A stretch of DNA of 64,000 bases, from assembly GCA_965223705.1 (NCBI GenBank), contig OZ245015.1, positions 135,106 to 199,105 of the forward strand, given 5' to 3'. A program made the translations under genes and the position numbers. Shown piece after piece: positions 42,828-51,229 of the stretch. Below the pieces are notes generated by a model. It searched no databases. It had not been told where the DNA came from and saw only the letters and a list, made by a program, of their open reading frames with translations. The stretch is from Myxococcota bacterium (lineage in GTDB: Bacteria > Myxococcota_A > UBA9160 > UBA6930). Position 1 is the first letter of the stretch. Every line of letters starts with the position of its first letter.

Positions 42828-43784
42828 TTGCTAGCGGATCTGCTTCAACTGATCTTCGGCTTGATGCTTCTCCTGGGAGGCGGCGAGGTGCTCGTGCGCG
42901 GCGCCGCGACGATGGCGCGCTGCCTCGGGGTTTCGCCCCTCGTGGTGGGGCTCACCGTCGTTTCGTTCGGAACGAGCGCGCCGGAGCTCGCCGTCAATGT
43001 CGCGGCGGCGTGGCGTAACGCAGGCGATATCGCGTTCGGCAACATCATGGGCTCGAACATGGCGAACATCGGGCTCATCGTCGCCGCCACGGCCCTGGTG
43101 AAACCGCTCGCCGTGAGTAGCCGCATCGTCGTCCGCGAGATCCCGATGATGATTCTCGTCACGCTGGTCGCCGCGGTCTTTGCATTCGACACGATGTTCA
43201 CAGGCCGTCCGGGTGTCTACGACCGCGGCGAAGGCATCGTTCTGCTCATGCTGCTGGGCGTGTTCCTCTACTACACGGTGGGCGATGCCATCGAAGATCG
43301 CGAGGCGGATGTCGCGACCCCGGCCCTCGATCAGAACATGCGGACGAGCGTGTTTCTGGTCTTGGGGGGGTCCGCCGCACTGGTGCTCGGCGCCGAGCTC
43401 ACGGTGAACGGCGGCGTCGGGCTCGCCCGCGCCATGGGTGTTTCGGAAGTGCTGGTCGGGCTGACCGTTGTCGCTGTGGGAACGAGCCTCCCGGAACTCG
43501 CGGCCTCCGTCATGGCGGCCTACCGCGGTCACCCGGATCTCGCCATCGGCAACGTGGTCGGCTCGAACATCTTCAACTTGGCGCTGGTGTTAGGCGTCGC
43601 GTGCTTCCTGAGCCCGATCCCAGTGCCGGTCGGCGGGTTGGGCGACCTCGCCGCTGTGGTGGTGCTGTCTTTCGTCTTGTGGGCCACGACGTTCGCGCGC
43701 CCGCCGCGCATCGTGCGGCTCGAGGGCATTCTGCTCCTCGCGATCTACCTCGTCTACATCAGCTGGCGCGCGGACCTCTACTAG
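42828..43784 (+). CDS. Calcium/sodium antiporter (YrbG-like)
   Basis: Two GTS.PEL / GN..GSN repeats. Confidence 0.92.
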   Translation: MLADLLQLIFGLMLLLGGGEVLVRGAATMARCLGVSPLVVGLTVVSFGTSAPELAVNVAAAWRNAGDIAFGNIMGSNMANIGLIVAATALVKPLAVSSRIVVREIPMMILVTLVAAVFAFDTMFTGRPGVYDRGEGIVLLMLLGVFLYYTVGDAIEDREADVATPALDQNMRTSVFLVLGGSAALVLGAELTVNGGVGLARAMGVSEVLVGLTVVAVGTSLPELAASVMAAYRGHPDLAIGNVVGSNIFNLALVLGVACFLSPIPVPVGGLGDLAAVVVLSFVLWATTFARPPRIVRLEGILLLAIYLVYISWRADLY

Positions 43785-44439
43785 CGGGTCCCCGCCGCGC
43801 TTCTTCGGCGATGCGTTTCTTTGTCGCGGCCCAGCCGCAAATCTCGCACGCTGCGAGGTCGTGTCCCCGCGCCGGGCAGTATTCGCGACCGAAGTAGATG
43901 ATCTGGAGATGCAGCGCGTTCCAGCTCTCTCTCGGAAACAGCGCCTTCAGATCGCGCTCGGTGGTCTCGACGTTCTTGCCGCTCGAAAGGCCCCAGCGTG
44001 CGGCCAGTCGGTGAATGTGCGTGTCGACGGGAAACGCGGGCTCGCCAAACGCCTGCGCCATTACCACGCTCGCAGTCTTGTGACCGACCCCGGGCAGTGC
44101 CTCGAGTGCTTCGAAGCTCTTCGGAACCGCACCACCGTGTTCATCGACCAAGATGCGTGCGAGCCGCGCGATCGCTTTCGACTTCTGCGGTGCGAGACCG
44201 CACGAACGGATGAACGCGAGTACTTCATCGGCGGAGAGCTTCGCCATCTCCGCGGGCGTCGATGCGCGCGCGAAGAGCGCCGGCGTCACTTGGTTGACCC
44301 GCGCGTCGGTGCACTGCGCCGAGAGCAACACGGCGATGAGCAGCGTAAACGCATCCCCGTGATCGAGCGGGATCGGCGGCTCGGGGTAGATCCGATCGAG
44401 GATCTTCTGGATGCGTTCGGCTTTCTCGGCGCGTTTCAC
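43759..44439 (-). CDS. nth: Endonuclease III
   Basis: LLSAQCTD, LPGVG.KTA, VDTH..R, 4Fe-4S Cys cluster. Confidence 0.93.
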   Translation of the reverse strand: MKRAEKAERIQKILDRIYPEPPIPLDHGDAFTLLIAVLLSAQCTDARVNQVTPALFARASTPAEMAKLSADEVLAFIRSCGLAPQKSKAIARLARILVDEHGGAVPKSFEALEALPGVGHKTASVVMAQAFGEPAFPVDTHIHRLAARWGLSSGKNVETTERDLKALFPRESWNALHLQIIYFGREYCPARGHDLAACEICGWAATKKRIAEEARRGPASRGPRAS

Positions 44440-45458
44440 GCCGTGAGTATGACCTTCCCGATATTGCGCCGCTCGTGGAGATAGCGGTGCGCCGCCGCCG
44501 CCTGGTCGAGCGGAAAACGCTCGGCGATGACCGGCTTGATGACGTCTTCATCGTACGCTTCGAGAAGCGCTTGCATCCAGGACGCGACGCGGTCCGCCTC
44601 GCTCCAGAGGCGCCCGAGGTTGACGCCGAACACGCCTTTGTTCGCGCCGATCAGGCGCGTCGCTTTCCACTGTGCCCGGAGGGTTCGCACGAGGGCTCCA
44701 CCCATGCGCAGGAAGCTGCGTTCGGTTCCGGTCACCATCGCCGCGTTTCCGAACATGCCGAGGCGGCCGGTTCGGGCGAGGCAGCGGTAGCTCTTTTCAA
44801 ATGAGCTCCCACCGACGGCGTCGATCGCGAGCTCCACGCCGCGCCCCCGCGTGATCTCCAAGGTTCGCGCCACGAAATCTTCCCGCGTGTAGTCGATGCA
44901 GGCGTCGATGCCTGCTTCCTCGAGAAATGCGTGCTTCCCGGCGGAAGCGGTTCCGATGACACGTGCGCCGAGATGCTTGGCGATCTGGAGCGCGGCGATA
45001 CCGACGCCCCCGCCGGCGGAATGCACCAAGACCGTGTCCCCTTCGCGCAAGCTCCCCATCACCACGAGCAGTTGATACGCGGTCAAGTAATTGACGGGAA
45101 GCGCGGCGCCTTCTTCCGCGCTCATTGCGGGCGGCCGCGCGAACACTTGCATTTCCGGGCAACACACCACGTCGGCATGCCCGCCGAAACGGGTCAACGC
45201 GAACACGTCGCGTCCCAGCCAATCGCTTCCCACACCCTCACCGACCGAATCGATTCGACCGGCGACTTCGTAACCCATGACGACGGGGAGCTTCGGTCGA
45301 TCGGGGTACAGGCCCATCCGCCCGAGTAGATCTGAGAAGTTCAATCCCGAGGCTTCGACGCGAATCCGAAGCTCGCCGTTTTTCGGAATGGGGTCGCTGG
45401 ATTCGCGAAGCTCGAGGACATCCGGATCACCCTCGCGCGGAATCACCACCTGGCGCAA
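44436..45458 (-). CDS. MDR family oxidoreductase (VAT-1-like)
   Basis: GLNF.D, G.EVAG, VNYLTAY, HSAGGGVG, GKV.L. Confidence 0.9.
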   Translation of the reverse strand: MRQVVIPREGDPDVLELRESSDPIPKNGELRIRVEASGLNFSDLLGRMGLYPDRPKLPVVMGYEVAGRIDSVGEGVGSDWLGRDVFALTRFGGHADVVCCPEMQVFARPPAMSAEEGAALPVNYLTAYQLLVVMGSLREGDTVLVHSAGGGVGIAALQIAKHLGARVIGTASAGKHAFLEEAGIDACIDYTREDFVARTLEITRGRGVELAIDAVGGSSFEKSYRCLARTGRLGMFGNAAMVTGTERSFLRMGGALVRTLRAQWKATRLIGANKGVFGVNLGRLWSEADRVASWMQALLEAYDEDVIKPVIAERFPLDQAAAAHRYLHERRNIGKVILTA

Positions 45459-45467
45459 CGGTGTGCT

Positions 45468-46274
45468 CTACCCGCCCCAGCCCGTCGCCGCGATGCTGTA
45501 GCGCTCGCGAAGTGTCTCGTAGTGCGAGCGCACTTTGTTGACGAAACGCTGAGGGGGCTGATGTCCGCGGTCGAGAAGGCGACCAACGCGTGTCGGACCC
45601 GCGTTGTAGGCGGCAACTGCGTCGTTTGGATTGCCGAAGCGACCGATGAGCTCGCTCAAGAAGATCGTGCCGAGGCGGACGTTCTTCGCGGGGTCGAACA
45701 GCGTGGCGCTCCCGTTGAACGGCAGTCCGTGCCGCCTCGCGATGTCCTTCGCCACGAACGGACGCAGTTGCATCAACCCGAGCGAGCCCGCCGGACCGAC
45801 CGCCCGCGGCTTGAACCGGCTCTCCTGGGTAATGATCGCGAGCACGAAAAGGGGTTCCAAACCGAGATCGCGTTGGGCGCGTACGAGCTCGCTGGTCACC
45901 GCGTCTCGCTGCGCTCCGGTCAATCTGCGATGGGCCTCGCCGTTCAGGACGTCGCGGATCTCGCGCTCGGCCACCACCTCCGGCAACAGAATCGGCAGGT
46001 GAATCGGCGCGGACCGTTCTTCCTCGGCCTTGTCGTCGGGTTCTTCGGAAGAAGCGGGCTCTGCGGTTCCGCGAAGCTTGGGCTCCGCTTCGGGCAGCTC
46101 GGCTTTTCGTTGCGGCAGTTCGAGCGGCGGCGCCGGTCGCGTTACGAAGGGCGTCTGACAGGCGGCGACGAGGAACATCACCGCGAACAGCAACGTGCTC
46201 GCGCCGAGACGTTTGAATCGACACCGTTCGGTGCCGCGCGCTTGGGGGGTGCTCGTCAGCACGGGGAACCTCAC
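45468..46274 (-). CDS. Lytic transglycosylase (SLT) lipoprotein
   Basis: I..ES.F, GLMQL, AAYNAG. Confidence 0.85.
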   Translation of the reverse strand: MRFPVLTSTPQARGTERCRFKRLGASTLLFAVMFLVAACQTPFVTRPAPPLELPQRKAELPEAEPKLRGTAEPASSEEPDDKAEEERSAPIHLPILLPEVVAEREIRDVLNGEAHRRLTGAQRDAVTSELVRAQRDLGLEPLFVLAIITQESRFKPRAVGPAGSLGLMQLRPFVAKDIARRHGLPFNGSATLFDPAKNVRLGTIFLSELIGRFGNPNDAVAAYNAGPTRVGRLLDRGHQPPQRFVNKVRSHYETLRERYSIAATGWGG

Positions 46275-46382
46275 TTTCCGAAATCAAGCGGCAGCGATCG
46301 TAACATCGGTCACCCGTCGATGAAAACGGAGGAAACACCGACTCGCGTTATCATTCGCGACCCACGGGGAGAAAAAACGATT

Positions 46383-47522
46383 ATGGGTCCGCTTCAAGGA
46401 ATACGAGTAGTTGAATTCGCTGGCATCGGTCCGGGGCCTTTTGCCGCAATGATGCTTGCGGATATGGGCGCAGAAGTGGTGCGAATCGACCGCATCCAAA
46501 AAAAATCGATCAACGCCGAAAAACCCTCTGGGGATTTACTCAATCGCGGACGGCGCAGCGTCGGCATCAATTTGAAATCCCGTGAGGGAATTGCCACTGC
46601 GTTGCGTCTCGTAGCCGAAGCCGACGTATTGCTCGAAGGTTTTCGCCCCGGTGTCATGGAGCGCTTGGGACTCGGCCCGGATGTTTGTCTCGAAAACAAC
46701 CCGCGTCTCGTTTACGGACGCATGACCGGTTGGGGGCAGGAAGGGCCGATCGCACGCGCGGCGGGTCACGATATCAACTACATCGCGTTGTCGGGCGTTC
46801 TTCACTACATCGGCCGGCGCGGAGAGGGCCCGGTGCCCCCGCTCAATTTAGTGGGCGATTTCGGCGGCGGCGGCATGTTGCTGGCGTTCGGCGTCGTCAC
46901 GGCGTTGGTCGAACGCGCGACGTCGGGTCGCGGTCAAGTGATCGACGCAGCCATGACGGACGGCTCCGCGATTCTCGCGACGATGCTTCACGCGTTGCAG
47001 CAAGGCGGAAACTGGAGCGACGATCGCGGCACGAACATGCTCGACACCGGCGCACCGTACTACGACACGTACGAAACGAAAGACGGGAAACACGTCTCGA
47101 TCGGTTCGATCGAGCCGCAGTTCTATGCGGAGCTACTGGAAAAGACCGGGCTCGATCGCGAAGAGCTCCCGGAACAAAACGACGCGTCGGCGTGGCCGGC
47201 GATGAAGGAACGCGTCGCCGCCGTGTTCCGCACGAAAACGCGCGACGAGTGGTGCACCATCATGGAAGGGAGCGACGTTTGCTTCGCACCGGTGCTCACG
47301 ATGGAAGAGGCGTACCAGCATCCGCAGAACACCGAGCGCAACACCTTCGTGTCGCATTACGGGAAGACGCAACCGGCGCCGGCGCCGCGCTTCAGCCGCA
47401 CCGAACCCGAGCTGACCTTGCCGCCGCCGCACCCGGGCCAACACACCGATGAAACACTGGCGTCGTGGGGTTTCGGTGCGGACGAGATCCGAGCACTGCG
47501 AGAAGCAGAAACGGTCGGGTAG
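46383..47522 (+). CDS. CaiB/BaiF CoA-transferase (alpha-methylacyl-CoA racemase-like)
   Basis: GIGPGP, FRPGVMERLGLG, GHDINY, PAPAPRF. Confidence 0.93.
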   Translation: MGPLQGIRVVEFAGIGPGPFAAMMLADMGAEVVRIDRIQKKSINAEKPSGDLLNRGRRSVGINLKSREGIATALRLVAEADVLLEGFRPGVMERLGLGPDVCLENNPRLVYGRMTGWGQEGPIARAAGHDINYIALSGVLHYIGRRGEGPVPPLNLVGDFGGGGMLLAFGVVTALVERATSGRGQVIDAAMTDGSAILATMLHALQQGGNWSDDRGTNMLDTGAPYYDTYETKDGKHVSIGSIEPQFYAELLEKTGLDREELPEQNDASAWPAMKERVAAVFRTKTRDEWCTIMEGSDVCFAPVLTMEEAYQHPQNTERNTFVSHYGKTQPAPAPRFSRTEPELTLPPPHPGQHTDETLASWGFGADEIRALREAETVG

Positions 47523-47527
47523 CGGAG

Positions 47528-48130
47528 TTACGCCGGCGCGACGTCGTCGCTCGCGTCGCCGCCTTCTAGGTGGCGCGCGCAGTTCACGCGGTGGAGCGTC
47601 CACGGTGGCCCATTGACTTCGGTGACCGACGTGTTCGTCCACGGCCCCTCGAAGCCGGGGCCTTCTCCTACGAGATGCCGCTGCACAAAGGCCCGACAGA
47701 CCAAGCCGTGGGTCACCACCACGACCAAGCCCGGCGCTTCAACGGCGCGGGCCGTCACCGTATCGAACGCACGGGCGGCGCGGTCGAAGAATGCAGCCCA
47801 GGTTTCGCCGCCCGGCGGCGACGCGTCTTCGGCCATGGGGTCGAACCCGAGTTCCGCATAGGGACGCCCACGCCACGCTCCGAAGTTGCGCTCCCGAAGC
47901 AGCGGCTCGATCTCGAGCGACGCGCCGGTCGCGGCCACGACGGCCTCGGCGGTCATTCGCGCGCGTTGGTAATCGCTCGAGATGACGAGATCGATCTCGG
48001 CGTCTCGAAGGCGTTCGCCGAGCTGCGCCGCTTGCCAGAGCCCTCGTTCGGAGAGCGGTTCTTCGGGGTGCTGCAGAATGCGCGACGCGTTCGCCGCGGT
48101 CTCCCCGTGACGCACGATCCGGAGTTTCAC
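47528..48130 (-). CDS. Histidine phosphatase family protein
   Basis: RHGET, SSD..RA..TA, E..FG, THG. Confidence 0.9.
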   Translation of the reverse strand: MKLRIVRHGETAANASRILQHPEEPLSERGLWQAAQLGERLRDAEIDLVISSDYQRARMTAEAVVAATGASLEIEPLLRERNFGAWRGRPYAELGFDPMAEDASPPGGETWAAFFDRAARAFDTVTARAVEAPGLVVVVTHGLVCRAFVQRHLVGEGPGFEGPWTNTSVTEVNGPPWTLHRVNCARHLEGGDASDDVAPA

Positions 48131-48504
48131 GAAACGTCCCCTATATACAGAAGCCCGGCGCGAGCCCGAATCTCGACGCGGCGCGGGCCGTCCGCGTCGT
48201 CACGCCACTGGAGAACCAGGCGGTCGGGCGCCGTTTCGACGACCCGGTGGAGAGGCTGGCCGAGGAGCTTCCACCAGGGCTCTTCCTCGTCGAGCGAAGC
48301 AAAACTCCCACGGGCGACGTCGGTCGATTGGGTCTCCGCCGTCAACTGGCCGGCCGGGCCCGAAACCTCGATGATTCCCAGGTCGAAGGTCAGCCGAAGC
48401 CCGCGCAGTACAGAAAAGCGCCGCGCGCGATCGACTTCTCCCTCGCTGCGGAGCAGTGTTCCGCGGTTGGACGCCACCTGCTCGAACAGCGCCGCCGTTG
48501 TCAC
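48127..48504 (-). CDS. Hypothetical protein
   Basis: GTG start with GGAGG, coupled to neighbouring genes. Confidence 0.55.
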   Translation of the reverse strand: MTTAALFEQVASNRGTLLRSEGEVDRARRFSVLRGLRLTFDLGIIEVSGPAGQLTAETQSTDVARGSFASLDEEEPWWKLLGQPLHRVVETAPDRLVLQWRDDADGPRRVEIRARAGLLYIGDVS

Positions 48505-50075
48505 TGCGCCTCCTCCGCTTCTCGTTGCCCCTCCCATTGCGCGAGCCGGGCTGCGAGTTCCTCTTGATAGCGCAACGTCTCGGGGTCGGAGTGCGTCACC
48601 ATCGCGGGACCTCGCCCAATCGAGAGCGCCATTTCCGAATCTTTCGTGAATGTGGTCCAAGGTACTCCGAGCAATCCCGGATCACCCTCCGTCGCGAAGC
48701 GCGTCCACGCTCGGACGACGGCGCGCGACGTGCCGTGGGCAGCCGCCGCGGGAGCGAAGATCGGTAGAAATGGGCCCCGGCGCAACGCCCCGAAGACGAA
48801 CGGCACGTCGATGCCGTGGCACGCCCCGAGTCGGTCGCGAAGCAGGGGGTGTCGCCAGTCGAAGCGATACAGAAAGGTACGGCCCCCCGTTTCCGAGTGA
48901 GCGCGCGCGAGCTCGAGCGCGGGTTTGGCGAACACCCGATCGCGCTGAAACGCACACCACGCTTCGAGGGGTGCCGCGAGCTTTCCCTCGGTTCGCGCGA
49001 GATAGAGCTTCTCGGCGCGGTCCACCCAGTCGCGTGCGTCATCGAGGGGTTGGAGTACGGCATGCAGGCGATGACGCAAACCGGCGACATCGAGCTTCAA
49101 GAGCTTCCGCTGGCCCAACGTGAAGAGCTTCCACTCGTCGGCGTTCGTGCCGATCACGATCTCTTTGTCGGCGAGGGCGCCGCGGCGCAGCGCATCGAGG
49201 GGGTGCTCCGCCAACCATTCGCCATCGACGACGGGTTGCCAAGGTAAGCGTCCGGCTTCAAAGCCCATCTTCATCGCTACAGCGCGCTGGGCTTCGAGCA
49301 CCCGGCTGGTCCCGAGCTCGCGGAGGCCCCGCGTGTCTGTCGGGGCGAGCGAAGCGGCATCGAACCAAGCGCCGACCATGCGGCGAGCGCGCGCGGGCGA
49401 TGACACATGGTGGGCCGCGCCGCTCTGCAACACGGCACGGCGGAACAGCGGCCGTGCCTCGGGAACACCCAAAAGTGCCGCGACGCTCATCGCGCCGGCA
49501 GATTCACCAAAGAGCGTCACCTCAGCGGGATCGCCGCCGAACGCGGCGATATTCCTTTTCACCCACGCAAGGGCCGCGACCTGATCCCGAAGTCCTAAGT
49601 TCGGCGCCCCGAACTCGTCACCCAACCGAAACCCCAGGAAACCCAGAGCGCCGAGCCGGTAGTTCAGCGTGACGACGACGACTCCGCCGTCCCTGACGAG
49701 TGCGTCACCTCGGTAGAGCGGCGACGAGCCCGCGCCGAACACGAAGGCGCCGCCGTGAAGCCACACCATCACCGGGCGCCTCCCCCCGGTGCAGCTCGGC
49801 GTCGTAACCTGGAGCGACAGGCAATCTTCTCCGGTAGCTCCACGCCCGAGGCCCAACCACGTGGAATTGAGAATCGAGGGCGCTCGTTGGGGTGCGTACG
49901 GCCCCGGCTGATCGGATCGACGCACACCGGTCCACGGTGCGACGGGGCCTGCGGGCGCGAAGCGCCCGACACCGCCGGTGTCGGACGCGTAGGGGATCCC
50001 GACGAACCGGGTCACGCCGCCGACACGCCGACCGGCGACACGCCCCGTTTCGATTTCCGTTTCCTCCCACGCCAT
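48501..50075 (-). CDS. Carboxylesterase type B
   Basis: GIPYA, EDCL, HGGAF, GESAG, H..D. Confidence 0.93.
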   Translation of the reverse strand: MAWEETEIETGRVAGRRVGGVTRFVGIPYASDTGGVGRFAPAGPVAPWTGVRRSDQPGPYAPQRAPSILNSTWLGLGRGATGEDCLSLQVTTPSCTGGRRPVMVWLHGGAFVFGAGSSPLYRGDALVRDGGVVVVTLNYRLGALGFLGFRLGDEFGAPNLGLRDQVAALAWVKRNIAAFGGDPAEVTLFGESAGAMSVAALLGVPEARPLFRRAVLQSGAAHHVSSPARARRMVGAWFDAASLAPTDTRGLRELGTSRVLEAQRAVAMKMGFEAGRLPWQPVVDGEWLAEHPLDALRRGALADKEIVIGTNADEWKLFTLGQRKLLKLDVAGLRHRLHAVLQPLDDARDWVDRAEKLYLARTEGKLAAPLEAWCAFQRDRVFAKPALELARAHSETGGRTFLYRFDWRHPLLRDRLGACHGIDVPFVFGALRRGPFLPIFAPAAAAHGTSRAVVRAWTRFATEGDPGLLGVPWTTFTKDSEMALSIGRGPAMVTHSDPETLRYQEELAARLAQWEGQREAEEAQ

Positions 50076-50140
50076 CGCTCCGACTGTAGAGGTCCGGAGC
50101 GATGCGAGCATCTGCGGCGCGCTGCCGCTAAACAGAGAGG

Positions 50141-51229
50141 GTGAGCGAGCGGATTCTCAATTTCAGCGCCGGGCCGGCGATCCTCCCGGAGGAGGTCCTG
50201 GAAGAGGCCCGAGAGGCGATCTGGAACCTCGACGGCACAGGCATCGGTGTTCTCGAACACAGTCACCGCGGCAAGGCGTTTTCCCGGGTGGTGGCGGACA
50301 CCGAGGCGTCGTGCCGAGCCCTCGCGGGCATCGGAGAGGACTACGCCGTCGTGTTCTTGCAGGGCGGCGCCTCGCTGCAGTTCGCGATGTTGCCGGCCAA
50401 CTTTTTGCCCGACGGCGGTGTCGCCGACTATCTCGACACCGGGAGCTGGTCCAAAAAGGCCATCGCAGAGGTCGCGCACTACGGAACGGCGCATGTCGCC
50501 GCAACGTCGAAAGACGCGAACTACAGCTACATCCCCGGCCCGTCCGAGCGCGCACACAGCGAGTCGCCCGCCTACATCCACTTCACCTCGAACAACACCA
50601 TCTTCGGTACCCAGTGGCACGCGGAGCCGGAAGCCGTGGGTGGCGCGTGGCTCGCGTGCGATACGTCGAGCGACATGTTCTCACGTCCGATCGACGTTGC
50701 GCGCTACGGCCTGATCTACGCCGGCGCGCAGAAGAACCTCGGTCCCGCAGGCGCCACGCTGGTCATCATTCGGCGCGATCTCCTCGAGCGCGTGGCGCGC
50801 GAGCTTCCGACGATGCTGCGCTACACCACGTACGTCGAAAACGATTCCCTCTACAACACCCCGCCGTCGTTTTCGATCTACGTGATGGGCCGCGTCTTCG
50901 CGTGGATCGAGCGCCAAGGCGGCCTCGCCGCGATGGCCGAACGCAACGAGCGGAAGGCCGCACTCCTCTACAAGGCGCTCGACGCGAACGACTTCTACAC
51001 CGCGACCGCACGCCCCGACAGTCGCTCGCAGATGAACATCACGTTCACCACGCCCTCGCCGGAAACCGACCAACTGTTCCTCGCCGAAGCCGCGGCCGAG
51101 GGCTTCGACGGATTGAAGGGCCACCGTTCCGTCGGTGGAATGCGTGCCAGCGTGTACAACGCATTCCCGGAGCGCGGTTGCGAGAGCCTCGCTGCGTTTA
51201 TCGCACACTTCGCTGCGCGCCACGGTTAA
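50141..51229 (+). CDS. serC: Phosphoserine aminotransferase
   Basis: NFSAGPA, SHR, QGGA, AGAQKN.G, NTPP, GHRSVGG.RAS.YN. Confidence 0.97.
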   Translation: MSERILNFSAGPAILPEEVLEEAREAIWNLDGTGIGVLEHSHRGKAFSRVVADTEASCRALAGIGEDYAVVFLQGGASLQFAMLPANFLPDGGVADYLDTGSWSKKAIAEVAHYGTAHVAATSKDANYSYIPGPSERAHSESPAYIHFTSNNTIFGTQWHAEPEAVGGAWLACDTSSDMFSRPIDVARYGLIYAGAQKNLGPAGATLVIIRRDLLERVARELPTMLRYTTYVENDSLYNTPPSFSIYVMGRVFAWIERQGGLAAMAERNERKAALLYKALDANDFYTATARPDSRSQMNITFTTPSPETDQLFLAEAAAEGFDGLKGHRSVGGMRASVYNAFPERGCESLAAFIAHFAARHG

